64,000 bases of DNA from Octopus vulgaris (GCA_951406725.2 OX597814.1:211544001-211608000), one strand, 5' to 3'. Shown: positions 1 through 14,785, counted from the stretch's first letter. Numbers and translations: made by a program. The notes: generated by a model from the letters alone, not told the origin.

Positions 1-1680
1 CTAGTACTGAACATAGTGAATTCCTACACTGGAAGTCATATTCCTTCAGGAGATAGAGCTTGGTTAACAATGGAATAATCAGCTGCCAAATTCATTCCAG
101 TCGTGCCCCAAACTCTATGTTTGGTGGTACGTAGACTCGCATTGAAATTACATCATTATACAGTCTGCATAACCGTAGCCTTAAGAATAAACAGGCGTAT
201 TCTCCGCCTGAGAATCATTACCGCACCTCGAATCTGTGTTCGATTGAATTGTAGACTTGCTCCAAGTACAAAGCTTGCTCATGTTTTTGCAGCTGCCCTC
301 CATTTGTACTGAACAAACTTTGAGAATCCTCAAAAGCAGTATAAAGAGATGGGGGAGTGGGCAGTTTGTCTATCTCTACGTTCATCAGATTTCACATGGG
401 GAATTTGTCTCCGAATGGTTATAACTCAACAGGAGTATACTACTTACGGAATTCTGGAAACTAGTTTCTCCAGGAGAAATAAAAGGGCATTTCCGACTTT
501 TTCCTGTTTCGGGGAATGCCGGTTTTTATAGAAAGGAAAGGACAGAGATGATTTGTGTGTAGGAATGCCCCTCCCTTTGTCCTGTGGTGCAGAAAGCACG
601 AAGCTCTCCACCGTTACTACAAACTTCTCATTATTTGAACACCACAACTAACTCACATTTAACTCTCTCCTCTGACTCAGGCCTCACAAAAGCAAAGACG
701 GCGTTGAAATCGCAATGAAATTCCTTTGTCATGGATAAAAGAAAGACGATAACTTAAATACAAGGCAGTCTAAAACAAAACGGTAATATTAAAAATTTGT
801 GGCAAAAACAAATACCAAAGTTAAGAACACCAACGTCAGAAACTTCAGCATAAGAAAACCCAATTTTACGAATATTTTCACTACGACAAATTAATAGAAA
901 AAGCGAAAACAAAAGGAAACGCACGAAAAACAAAATCACAGATTGGGGTACTTACTTCCTTCATAAATTTCACCGTTGTTCAGAGGAGCAAGTCTGAATT
1001 GATCGAGGACATGATTACAAAAAATCTTTCTTGCAAATAGGGAACATTTTGCTGAACTCCTCCTGAAAACTCTATAAGATAGTATGTTAATCCAAAAAGA
1101 TTCAAATAAGTGACTGGATTTAAAACAGAAATTCCTCCCAGGGCACTTGAAGGTTTAGTAAGTACCACCACCAATAACGAATTACTAGCAAGTCGTTTCC
1201 TTACTCCTCCCTATGCCAAAAGAATGATTGTTTCAACAGTCATCTCTCCAGATCAATGTAAATAACTCAATTTTTTTCTCTAAGCTAAATAGTTACACTT
1301 GGAGCAGGCAGTCTAAATTTTCGAGGCCTGAGTACAGTTTGGAGGCTGGGTCACCGACTCAACGATCTCAGGTATCTGGATTTAGATTTGACCTGCATTA
1401 GTGAGACGAGAATTTTGGGGAAGCATGCTCTGGCATCCATTTTCGTAGACTACGAGATATTTTCATTTTGTGCTCTGTCGGGAGTGAACAAGGACTTCTC
1501 CGAAAAAGCTTTAGCTCTCAACGTAAGGGCAGTTTTCTTGAAACTAGACGGTTGGTGAATAGCAGCGAATATGATGCCTTTAGATTGTTGGTCAATTCTG
1601 CCTGACAAGTTTCGATTGGATTTCCCAGAGGTGCTAGTGTGGACATGGAGCAACGACAACGGATCATCCAAATCGAACTA
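1..1680 (-). mobile_element. Heavily decayed L1/Tx1-like LINE 5' part (ORF1 zinc knuckle plus APE endonuclease remnant)
   Basis: Minus strand gives NEKFVVTVE / RAFCTTGQREGHS (~555-635; eroded CX2CX4H knuckle) and, across a frameshift, an IM..NFNA motif (~135-165) like the APE GDFNA motif. Many stops. Confidence 0.35.
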
Positions 1681-1879
1681 GATACAGTATTTGTTAGATT
1701 AACGGATAGGTACTAGTAAATTACCAATGTAAAGCTAGCGTTTCTATTAGCCGAATTGAACTTCTGCTGATATCTGATAGCCATATGCCAAAATCAGAAA
1801 TAATTCTTAGTATCATTTGAGGTAAATAATTCGGCACATAAAAGCTTGTTAAATTTTGCTGCAAAATATGCTTATATTT

Positions 1880-2200
1880 TCTAAATACATAGGAAAATAT
1901 TAAAGGAGGACCGCGCGTGTTATTTTGGAGGGCTCTCTCCTCGACGTGAATCGAACGAAGAGGGATATTTGGTCTGAGACAACAGTGGAAATATTTACAT
2001 CAAACCGGTAGATGTTGAGGTAATTCCATATATCATCCATTTGCCCAGTGGTATGGATCTACATGTTAATTTTGAGGACAGAAGGTGGAGATATCATTTT
2101 TTAGCTCCTCATGATTACCAAGTTTCTAGAAACACAAAAATTTGAAACACCGAAGACGCCGCTCCTATTACGATGTTAGTGTAAATGATGCAATGATGTC
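1880..2200 (+). mobile_element. Decayed L1/Tx1-like ORF1 fragment
   Basis: Plus-strand frame reads VIPYIIHLPSGMDLHVNFEDRR, resembling the IP..I.L..G..L.V..EG segment that precedes the ORF1 zinc knuckle. Confidence 0.3.
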
Positions 2201-2620
2201 GGGTGCCGTTGGTTTCAAAAGAGAAACGCCTCCTCCAACTAAGATTATATCTACCAAATTTCATTGAAAACACGCAAGGAGATCCTGTGCTGTGAGTAGA
2301 AGGCTACTGTTAAGAGCATTGTGAAAATGAGATCAAAACAGTTAATACTTACTTGCTGAGCGAAATTTTATGCAATATCTGCTTGCTTGCATGTAAGACT
2401 GCTATTAAGCATTTAGATTTTAGGGACCGTGACTTACATTAAAACGTAATCAAATTTGAAGATACTTTCCAATATCTCAGCATGGAAAAGATGGTACCAA
2501 ATCGTGCAGATACAGATTCTGATTACTAAAATGGCCCTCCTTATTTTTGTCTTTGAGTCAATATTCTTTTTTTTAATATTCGCAAAAGTCAGCAATCTTG
2601 AGGCGAGGGGGGAGTCAATA

Positions 2621-2852
2621 AGGCGGCGAGCTGGCAGAAACGTTAGCACGCCGGGCGAAATGCTTAGCTGTATTTCGTCTGCCGCTACGTTCTGAGTTCA
2701 AATTCCGCCGAGGTTGACTTTGCCTTTCATCCTTTCGGGGTCGATAAATTAAGTACCAGTTACGCACTGGGGTCGATGTAACCGACTTAATCCGTGTGTC
2801 TGTCCTTGTTTGTCCCTTCTGTGTTTAGCCCCTTGTGGGTAGTAAAGAAATA
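2621..2852 (+). mobile_element. tRNA-derived SINE, family A
   Basis: Head aggcggcgagctggcagaa, B-box-like gagttcaaattcc, central gcctttcatcctttcggggtcgataaattaagtaccag (resembles a conserved SINE central domain), tail ...tgtgggtagtaaagaaata. Second copy at 34373-34604. Confidence 0.85.
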
Positions 2853-3339
2853 TATATCTATCCAAGTGCTTCAATGCTACTCGTTTTATTGTCTTCGAAT
2901 AGGTAGAAGACAAAGTCGACTCAGCATCATTTGAACTCAAGACATTATGTAACGGAAGCTTAATGCTAATATCATAAATCCTCACACCCAGCAACAAACC
3001 AGTAGTAAGGCCAACACGAGGAGCATGATTTCCTGTTAAAATAGTCCCGTTTGATTCAGCGTCATATGAAATATTATCATCATTAACTACGATTGTCCTT
3101 GATGTTCTATACCTCATTGGCAGCCGACTCGAGTTTATTTTGTGGATTTGTGGTTATTCTTGTTGTAGATACACAGATGGGCTTTGATTAACCACAGCAT
3201 TCAAGATTTATGTGAATGTATGATTTCTTTAGTCGTGTTTTATGATTGACGATATTCAATTACGTGTCCTTCAAGTTTTTAATCCGGTTGCTTAGAATGT
3301 GGAAAATGTGCATGACTTTTTCTACCAGAACTAGCACGA

Positions 3340-3353
3340 ATGATGATGGTGAC

Positions 3354-3401
<48 letters not shown>

Positions 3402-3406
3402 GGTAG

Positions 3407-3450
<44 letters not shown>

Positions 3451-3735
3451 GTGGTTGTTGTTGGTGGTGGTGATGATGATGATGATGATGATGGTGTTGG
3501 TGGTGTTGGTGGTGCTGCTGGTGGTGGTAGTGGTGATTTTGTTGCATGATAACGAGGATGATGGCAACTTAACCCAACAAGACCGGCTTGGTTGAAAATG
3601 GTGTTGAAGCAGAGGACAATTATGTTGGTGATGATGCTGATGTAGATGATGAGGATTATTATGGTGATGATGATGATGCGGATGCTGAATACGGGAGGAT
3701 AATGGTGATTATTGTGATCATGATGATTATGATAG
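3340..3735. repeat. Compound (GAT)n/(GGT)n microsatellite
   Basis: Direct reading; explains the poly-D/M/H/S ORFs. Confidence 0.95.
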
Positions 3736-3945
3736 TGTCCATGGTGCCAAAATTTATAATGCTTATTTGTCTGCTCGTTTACCAGATATTCTGTTTGTTT
3801 TATTACATTTATTTAGCTATTTATTTATTACATTTCCACTTTGTTCAATCACACATTTCTGCTTTCGGTTTTATTATTCCGTTAACGTAGTGGTTTCTGG
3901 TTTATTGGATAATTAATCACAATTTCATTAGCACATGAATATACA

Positions 3946-3964
3946 AATAACAATAATAATAATG

Positions 3965-3996
<32 letters not shown>

Positions 3997-4044
3997 GATG
4001 ACGATAATGATAATGATGACGATGAAGATGATGATGACGATGAA

Positions 4045-4085
<41 letters not shown>

Positions 4086-4234
4086 TAATAGTAATGATGA
4101 TGATGGTGAATGATACGAAGAAGAAGAAGAAGAAGAAGAAGAAGAAGAAGAAGAAGAAGAAGAAGAAGAAGAAGAAGAAGAAGAAGAAGAAGAAGAAGAA
4201 GAAGAAGAAGAAGAAGAAGAAGAAGAAGAAGAAG
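3946..4234. repeat. Compound (AAT)n/(GAT)n/(GAA)n microsatellite
   Basis: Direct reading; long pure (GAA)n run at ~4118-4234. Confidence 0.95.
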
Positions 4235-4699
4235 ATAAATAAAACAAGTTTGATTGGATTTTAAATGAACATTAACATTCCCACCCTACCATCAACTGTG
4301 AATAATTCTCTCTTGATATTTTTGTTCGTGATCAAATAGTTTTGTTTCAATGTTTTGTTTTTTTTTCTTGTTTGGCTGAGTAATTAATAATGAATTTCAT
4401 TTCAGTTTCTTTATTCATATGTTTCAAATTTAAGTCAGTTGGAAATTAAAATAAATGACCAAAGTCGAAAGCAATCCAAATAGGGGGATGAGATTTAACT
4501 ATTAATTTATAATTTAGGATTAAATTCGAGGTTTACACGCTTTGCTGGTTTGTTTGTATCTTCATATATATATTTTATAGTGTTTGTAGGGATAATAATT
4601 TATTTCCCCTTTTGGGTTCTGCTATGGCAGGAACAGGATGGTAGTTGAGAAGAAGCATTGATTTATTAATTGTGTATAAGTATATAAATAATATTGCAA

Positions 4700-4820
4700 C
4701 CGCTTTGGTTAGGCGTTTGCGTGCAACGTTGGGCAAGTGCCTGGTACCATAGTCTCGGGCCAACCAAGGCGTTGTGAGGGAATTTGGTTGACGGAAACAG
4801 AAATAATACCGCCGTGTATA
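4700..4820 (+). mobile_element. Degenerate fragment of SINE family C
   Basis: gggcaagtg...atagtctcgggccaaccaagg..ttgtgaggg.atttggttgacggaaac aligns with 18297-18365. Confidence 0.65.
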
Positions 4821-4924
4821 CACACAAACACACATACGTACATAGACGCACAGGCACACACACACGCACACACACACACTCACAAACACGCGCACACACA
4901 CACAAACACATACACACGCATATA

Positions 4925-5141
4925 CGAGGAGGCACTGAAAGGTTCCTGACTTTAAGTCTATCACCGCGAAGGTGAGTTTGCAGGCCAAATATTCTGAGTT
5001 TTTTTATATAGGGCTTGGAAAAACTGAAAGACCGCTGCAATTGAGAGTGAATATCTGAGAATATGTTGAATGAAATCACAGTTAACTTATCGTCCTATAG
5101 TTTCTTTAATTCAAAGCCACGGATTTTTTTCATCACCTCTC
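4925..5141. mobile_element. Mariner-type MITE (decayed)
   Basis: TA-cgaggaggcactgaaaggttcctgacttt at the left and aaagccacggatttttttcatcacctc at the right form imperfect inverted ends of mariner TIR type; ~215 bp, non-coding. Confidence 0.5.
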
Positions 5142-5180
5142 TCTCTCTCTCACTATATATGTATGTATATATATTTATAA

Positions 5181-5244
<64 letters not shown>

Positions 5245-5477
5245 TTATAAATTTGTGTTGCAAGAGTATAACTGTGAAGTCGTGTGTTGAAATAGATATT
5301 GTTGCATTTCGGGATAAGCCGAGTAAGAGCACACACGGAGATGGAAAGTATCACTGGGGTGGTCAGAGATATGTGAGAAAAGATTTTGGAACAATGGACA
5401 TGATTTAGAACAAAACGTGTAATAAAGGAGTGAAGAACGAATATATAATGCCTCCCTCCAAATGACCTGCCCGAAAT

Positions 5478-5520
<43 letters not shown>

Positions 5521-5529
<9 letters not shown>

Positions 5530-5823
5530 GAATGGAGTTGAACGACGAATTAACAAAATTCCTTTATTTTCGACATATGTTTCGAAGGCTGCATATTCCT
5601 AATTGCGAAGGAATTAGATTATCACTATGGGCTCCATGTGAGCAGTCATCTAAAAGTTTTTTGTGCATCTTGATGTTGACGTAAGTTCCTTGCTTTTCCT
5701 GATGAGAAAGCGGCATAATATACTCCTTATTCCCTCGCAATTAGGAATATGCAGCCTTCGAAACATATGTCGAAAATAAAGGAATTTTGTTAATTCGTCG
5801 TTCAACTCCATTCTTTCATATAT
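5521..5823. mobile_element. Foldback element with ~93-bp near-perfect inverted arms (Penelope-like terminus)
   Basis: 5521-5613 is the reverse complement of ~5730-5823 with about one mismatch; next to (TA)n; contains a hammerhead motif. Related tail fragment at ~19575-19625. Confidence 0.8.
5694..5776 (+). ncRNA. Type I hammerhead ribozyme motif
   Basis: Stem I ttttc/gaaaa; core CTGATGA 5699-5705; stem II gaaagcggcata/tatgcagccttc (10 of 12 pairs); GAAAC-ATAT-GTC with palindromic ACATATGT stem III; predicted cut after 5771. Confidence 0.75.
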
Positions 5824-5955
5824 TTATATTTTTAAAAAAAACATTCGAATTTCCACACGAAAGCACGTAACTTCAAACGTGTCTTCTCTGATGTGAATTT
5901 GCTACCCAGGTATCGGTTAACCGAATTAATCTTAACAAGATAATTCATTCAACTA

Positions 5956-6020
<65 letters not shown>

Positions 6021-6025
6021 ATATG

Positions 6026-6056
<31 letters not shown>

Positions 6057-6057
6057 C

Positions 6058-6115
<58 letters not shown>

Positions 6116-6478
6116 CATACATACATCCAAGTTAATCAATATTGAGAGATTACAAAAAATACAATCGTGTATAAAACGATGGACATCTGAGCCTAATCCA
6201 GCAGTGATATCACACCCACTCTCTTGATGACGTGGCGGTACACAGCTGCTCCTGGATCATATTTATTCATGAGATTATTAATATATTTTATTTACCAATA
6301 CGATATGGAAATCGCACTAACAGCTCCGATCATTACACAGAAACAATTGTTGTGATTTGTGATTGACGCATGTCGATTCTACGTTCTTGTTTCATAAATT
6401 TCTTTACATACGCACTGAGATGCACATACGCTCACACGGAAACACACACATATCCATATACACGCATGCATATATGTT

Positions 6479-6510
<32 letters not shown>

Positions 6511-6569
6511 GGGAGAGAGAGTGAAAGAAAGTGTGGGAGGAGATAGATAAATAGGTGACGGAAGAGTGT

Positions 6570-8007
6570 AACCGGCAAAACATCTGGCACCATGCGGAGA
6601 TGGGTCCAACCTTAGTACTTAGTTTCACTAGTAGTGATCACTTCATGACATGTGCCACTTTGCTCGTAACAGATTATGCCTAATTATAAAGGAAAGTGAT
6701 CTAACTGACTATTTCAATAGTGAATCTCCAACGATATTTTCATATCCTGTGAATCGACTGAATTCGAAAGTTCGCTGAGATTGCCTTGTAATTCAGTCTC
6801 CGCTTATCTCTGAGGCAGTTTTCAATATTCTTTAACGCAGCATCATAATTCCATCGATCATCACCATTCATTCAATCTCTGCACATCCGATTCTTCTTCA
6901 GGTTGCGAATGCTTGGTTCAACAAATAGACCGACTTTAAACTTTGCGTAACTTAATCGATGATAGTATCTTACAACATCTTGCTTGATTGCCGCTCCAAA
7001 TCTAGTGACTTCACAAGATTCTTGGAAATTCCAAGTTTAAAAATTTATGGTGGTATCGTTTTTAGCTCAGGTGAAACTAGTGCCATGTACTGAACGCTTT
7101 TACTCCCTAGTGTCAATTTATGACGTGATGGAAAATCCCCTCGATTGTAGTGCCCATTTCGGGCCCGGCTATCCCACAGACATAAGAAGCAGCAAAACGT
7201 CGTGTAGCCCTTTTGCATTCCAGTTAAAAGAAAACAACTATGATCTTCAAGTCACCTCCAGTTTTCTACTTAAAATCATGATACCTGATTAAAGAAAAAT
7301 AACACCTTGGTAGCCTGGCTTCAATGTTTTACCCCCCTCGAAAAATCCATTGAAATTATTCGGTATTTTTTCTCATCATAGAAAATGACTGTCTTTAAGC
7401 TTCAACGGTGTTGATTTGGTTCCTTGGGCTTAGACACCAAAACTGTCTAAAAATTGTTTGAACCAGAAAAGCATCATCCTTAGAATTTTCCATCTTTCGA
7501 ACAAAATTGCCCAGTCGTTTTTCACTTATTTTAGGAATTTCAAAATCTATTTGGATTACATATCCATCTTTGTTACCAGAAATATCATCTGACTTAGTCA
7601 ATAGTTGATTGCTTAGCGTAGAAGAATTTTCATCGCGATATGGCTGTGATTTTATAGCATATGGATAATTAGGACACTTGATATACTATACAAATTTTTA
7701 CTGATCCAAGCAAGATAAGTTATGCGAAAGTAGCATTAAAATGGTTGCATTCTTCTTTCCATGCCATTGGAGTGGTAACTGGCATTTGCATCAGTTTGCC
7801 GCTTTACCACAAGGATAATCGATCATTGCAACTTTCATGTGCAATATGGGGAGCTAAACTTATATTTTAGTCTCCAAGTTTCTTTCTGAAGTAATTCTTG
7901 TATCTCACTTGTGTGAGTTGCGTGATGTGTGTCGAATAGTCCTAGAATGCATGCTCCATACAGATGCAGCAAAAGTGATCTGGGTCATTGTGACATACAC
8001 AGCACAT
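6570..8007 (-). pseudogene. Decayed Chapaev3-type (CMC, RAG1-related) DNA transposase
   Basis: Minus-strand motifs in the expected order: MCCVCHNDPDHFCCIC, YFRKKLGD*NISLAPHI, PMAWKEECNH..CYF, RLGNFVRKMENSKDDA, GGDLKII..TGMQKGYTTFCCFLCLWDSRARNGHY, FKLGISKNLVKSLD, ISLEIHY*NSQLDHFP..EQSGTCHE. Stops, frameshifts and an apparent internal deletion. Confidence 0.75.
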
Positions 8008-8599
8008 TGAAACAAATTGTAGTGGAGAAATAAAACACAGCAGTCTACAGTGAAACAAGCAATTACCAATTTGATGCAAGTCACAATAATATGCGTAATA
8101 TGCATTTAAATCAAAGGGTTCTAAAATAGACATACTCTAATATGTATTATCTCTACATTTAGAGGTATCTCACTGAAAATGTTCTCAAAATAAACATAAC
8201 CTAATATGCGTTTTATCTACTTTACAGCTTTTCCATTAAATGCTGTCACAAAAAATGACATTATTAATAGAAAAATAGGAACGCTTGGCATACTGCATGC
8301 AACATTACACTTTTTGTAAATTTGGTATAGAGGGGTATCTTGTAGATTAAATTCTCGATCTGATGGAACAAAAGTCACTTCAAATTTAGAAAGAACATTC
8401 TGTATGTATATTGTCTCTCGTTACAGAAATGTTTCATTTTGTCATGCAGTATAATTACTCTAATTTGTATTCCGATGATGTACTTCACTTTCACCAACTC
8501 ATCTTCTAATTTCAGTTTTCGGAATGAAAATTATTTTCCTTTTCCATATCTTTTTGACCGTTATATTTTCCTATGTCCGACAGTTTGCTAGAGCATCAA

Positions 8600-9250
8600 T
8601 GTCATATTTTGTTTGTAAAATTATCATACACTTGCATAACCTGGACATCTTATCAACAAAACATCAGCGTGATGTAATATTTCCATCAACACAAGCTCCA
8701 CGCTATCCTAAAGCACAAATGCAAGGAGTACGTAACCAATGGGAAAAAAAATTTCCTCGTCCAATTCTCTTCGATGAAGTAATCTCTGGGAAAAGCACTT
8801 GAGATTGTCCTCTCCACTGTAATAAATTCTTGCTACACTAAGGCTTCAAGTAGAACTGAGACAAAATAATGAGAAAATATAGCCTGGAAGCAGTCCAGTT
8901 GGCGCCAAACTATCACGATGGGGATTTAAATATTTGAAATTTAAACAAAATTTGAAGTAAAAGGAAAAGATGACAGGATGCCAGAAGTGCAACCGCATCC
9001 ACTGTCAGCTCTTCATTCTCATCTCTGCTGCCGCTTATTTGCTTTCTCTGCAATTCAAATCACCACTTTGTCAGAAGCATATTGAATTTATCTCTCACAA
9101 GAAGCAATCAGAATCAAGTCCCCAATGAAGAAGTCGAAGTATTTTCCACGTACATTTCCTCCAAATAATCTTAGCTATTCACTTAACTTAGATGACTTAG
9201 ATAAGATTTGGCCTTTATTAGCCCAGATTTGGTTAGCTGAATAGCATAGC
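8600..9250 (-). mobile_element. Possible very old PIF/Harbinger remnant
   Basis: Minus strand VRDKFNMLLTKW*FELQRKQISGSRDENEEL (~9005-9098) resembles the Harbinger-associated Myb-like protein; GACVDG at ~8680-8700 resembles the first catalytic motif. Weak. Confidence 0.25.
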
Positions 9251-9770
9251 AAGAAACTGTGTTTTTAAAATAATGCTTTTCGACACCATAGCCACCTAAA
9301 AGAGGGAGACCAAATATATTTGAGTGCCGGTGGTTTGTCTGTATTTCTTAGAATAATTTGTCCAAGATTCGTTTCAATGTTAATTCGATTTGCGTTCTCT
9401 GATTCCTTTGTGGATGACGTACAATATAGAAGGAATTTAATCCGTTACGTCGCAATGTTGTTCTAATGTGATTTGTGACGGGACTGTATGACATGGAGCG
9501 AACCTGGCTGACATACAAACTTTACAACTACGTTGCTTGACCGAAATAATGGAATAATTTTTCACATTGTATAAATGTTAGAGGATGACTTGGACAGAAG
9601 ATGGCTTTAGATAGTTTATTCGATCTCCAAATGCGTGAGTATTTATGTGATGCTTCTTTTCCCATGAAGCTTTCTTTTGCATCGGGACACCACAATAGTA
9701 GGCAGGCATAAATAGCAATTACGTTGGTCCAGTTTAGCTATATTGTTGTGTACAATTCTGCTTATTTTAA

Positions 9771-10065
<295 letters not shown>

Positions 10066-11148
10066 TTGGGATACGTTCTAAACTTCCTTGGAAATAGATA
10101 AGGATTGGCAACAGGAAAGTTGTACAGGCCTTACAAAATCTATCTCGTCCAAGTAATTATCGGAAAGTTGATGTTTCCTACACACATATACAATTAGGTG
10201 ATATTTCCAGCCAGGACGTTACAAGTGTATCTTAATGGTTAAGTGCTTCAGTTCAAAGTATGTCCGAATATTTACTTGGTTCATTTATCAGTTGTTTATT
10301 CCCAATGTGCTATGTACTTTTCTTTCTCGGTAGTAAACATATTGAATATTTTGATTATGCAGTATGCTACTATATACATAATTTTAAATAAAGTGTAATA
10401 TGAAATTTATAATTCAGGTAAGTGGTTTTGTAATTACAAAATACTACATTAATATTATTTTCCTATTTGTTGATAAAATGCAAACGTAATGTAACTTTTG
10501 TGGGACTAACAGAGGATACGAGTACATAATTGTGTGTGACTCTACATGTGTGATAGAGAGAGACACAGTAAGAGTATGTGTGTCGGTGTATTTGAAATTG
10601 CGCATTGATGTTTATACGAATCCGCTTATGTTTCTGTAACTGTATTTCTAATTGTCATAATAGACATTTTGAAGTTTACTCAATCGTCTACTTTATGCTG
10701 CACCAGCTGAACATATTCAATGTTTATTTGATGACGAATAACGAAATATTTAATGAAAATGCTTTTTCTTTTATATAGTCAAATTAAGTTTGAACAACTT
10801 TATTTAATATAATGTTATGTGAGATGTCATTCAATTAGTTTAAGGTAATTGAAACAATAGTGGTTTGATTACTTGGCTATTATGAATGCTTCAACACTAT
10901 ATATAAGTGGAATGAAATGTTAGAAATATTTGGTTAATGCTTTTCGATCTAATATTATTCTTGATACACAAAACTCTTAGTAGTTTTGTTGTAGTGGCTG
11001 TCTCGTGCAGCACAAGAAACATAATTAGCACATATTTATTTAGTTTCCTGTCTAATTTTCTTTCACCTCTAAGACATATTGAAACAGTAACACAGACACT
11101 CACTCAAACACACTTACACACCCATAGGAATAACATACGCGCATATAT

Positions 11149-11208
<60 letters not shown>

Positions 11209-11209
11209 G

Positions 11210-11630
<421 letters not shown>

Positions 11631-11750
11631 CGCTCTTGTCTCGAGGTGTAATGCAAAATTTCTATTTTGGATATATTTTGGGGTACTTAATTGTACAAAC
11701 GGCTTTGCGTATTTTTGTTCCGTGTGTGCAGTTTCATTTATTATATAAAG

Positions 11751-11810
11751 TATTACCGCTGATGAGAATTCTTTATAAATTAACTTAGAAATCGGGCCGA
11801 TCCGGTGATA
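11751..11810 (+). ncRNA. Type I hammerhead-like motif (stem II eroded)
   Basis: 8-bp stem I tattaccg/cggtgata; CTGATGA 11759-11765; GAAA-tcgggccga-TC with quasi-palindromic stem III; stem II pairs poorly. Confidence 0.55.
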
Positions 11811-12036
11811 ACGGAATTTTTAGAAATTTCTGTCAGCGTGCTTCGAGACGTGTGCTTTTAGTAATGAATTATATATGGTTATGTGACGATTTAAAGTCTA
11901 TTTTTCGGCATGTGTGGTATAAAAATGTTTTTCTTTTTCCCCTATTCATAAGTTGTTTATAATTTTCACCTTAAAAGGTATTTAAAAATATTTTGATAAA
12001 TGATAAAATCTTTTTGAAAATGTTATCCTATATCAG

Positions 12037-12099
<63 letters not shown>

Positions 12100-13066
12100 T
12101 GTGTGTATATTTAGGCATCATCAGTAGTTATTGAATACACAAGTATTTCCTAACGGATTCGTACAAAGCAATATCAACATCATATCAACACGGTTGCAAG
12201 TTTTTAAGTATGAGAAATTTCTAAGCGAACCCCTTAGCATCAATTTCAAATAGCATCAAATAGAAATCGTAAGGTGACGGTTTTCGTCAAACAATTCCCA
12301 ATATCGCTTGAAAAAGTAGCAACCATATACCCGTAGCTAGTTCAATGCTTCGACAATATATGCTTTAATCGGGATACGATTTATTACAAAAAAAAAAAAA
12401 CTAGATAGGGAGTGGTATCAAGTATGCAAAGGATATCAAGGAACACGTGAATAAGAGTAAACACTCAACACACCTGATTATGCGTCATCGCTCTCCGTTA
12501 AGTTAAACATTCGTTTTAACATTGCCATGGCTTTATAAATAACTCTCTTCCAACATATAAGTATCATAAAATATTTGATGAAGATTGCTTTGATATCTGA
12601 TACAGGGGTAACGAAATCATCGCTGTTTCTTTAGCCAATACATATAGAACATGTTACCAGTTTCCAAAATCTTGCCTTTATGGGAATATATCAACCGTAA
12701 TATCTGTTCTTCAACCAGAAGTATCATTCTGAGCAATATTTCCTACTGAAGGCAGGAAAATGAATATCTGAATAGTTCTTTCTAAAGCTTTATTTTACAG
12801 CTGATTGATACTATATATGTATATACTTACATAAGAGAAAGTAATCTTACAACTGATGTATCTCAATATTTCTGTCTCCTAACAGATGAAAATATTAGCA
12901 AATATAAACTCAGTCAATCCATTAAATACAGCGAAAGGGTTTGTCAAAATTACTCTCTCAAACTAAATGGTCAGTATTTGGAGGAGGTGATTATTGTCGT
13001 TTGCAGCTACTGCTATTATCAACGAAGATGAAAACTAGTGAATTGTTGAAGACATATCTCTATATA

Positions 13067-13526
<460 letters not shown>

Positions 13527-14785
13527 ATATCTCTATATATTGTAGAAACCCTAATTACTAATATGTTAGCATATATTTCATGCCTATCTTCATATTTGTT
13601 AGTATGAAATAATTCTCATATTGAAACCTTTCGGCACAGAAAATATAATTCGTTTAGCCACATGCACCATGTCGACACACTCTTAATCATATCACCTTCC
13701 ACATGTTATTGAAGTGATGGTATTATCATATCCTTGTAAATGTGAATACATTTATGAACTGACAAAGATTTTAAGGATTGTTTGCAAACAATCAAATTTC
13801 AGCATTGTTTTTTACCCAATTATATTTTAAATGTGTTTGAATGTTTCTGCTTATCATTGTCTTCCAATCACTTTTTGTCATTTATCTTTAAAACATCTAC
13901 ATCACAGGTGTATAATGAGTGACGCTCTGGGATAATATCAACTATACTCACACTAATAAACCACGTATTTTTATCTCTTTTTAAATACAAAATTATACAT
14001 GTGCACATATATGCACGCACATGGACGTGTACAAACACTCATACAAATTGTATTTAACAAATACGCGTAGGAAGATCGAATCAAAAAGGGATGTACATTT
14101 ATAACCCTCTCCCTTCTGAATTCAAAACAGGATGATTGGTTTTCTTCCCAAGCTATTTTCTGCAACTCCAGTTGGAAAATATATATCCATTCAAACATAT
14201 ATATCAAATATACCCGTAGTTTTATCTGAACTTTCAAGGTGCTTATTTTATGATCATGATGCCCATTTTTGTGTTAGGCAGTGACCAAATTTCATTTACC
14301 TTAGCCTCGAGGCAACTAAGCCTCAGGAGTTAAACAGAGGTAATGGAAAACATGTTACCAGCCCTTAGATTTGATTATACTCAAAGTTTAATGAGTCCAC
14401 ACAATGACTGGATACTTTCTCCATCAGTTGTTCGCAAATGTACAACACCCAGTGGAATACTATTATAATAAGAGTAGGTAGATCACTAAAATAGAACACT
14501 TAGGGTGTAAAGAGACGAAGACCTGTTTTACAATATACAAACACACATACATATACACATACACATATGCGTATGTGCATGTATGTATGCATCCCTCTCT
14601 CTCTTTTTCTCTATCTATACATTTATCTATCTATAAAAATATATATATGAACTTATACACATGTTAAATATATAAACATACTTACACACACGAGCGCATA
14701 CACACACATGTATATATATATATCGCCATGTTGATTCGCTAGCTTCTGCACGCATTTTTTTCTCTCCTTATCCTTTCTCTCCGTA

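Noticed and set aside
3246-4264. ORFs with poly-D/H/M/K/S tracts
   Set aside because: Translations of trinucleotide microsatellites, open in several frames on both strands.
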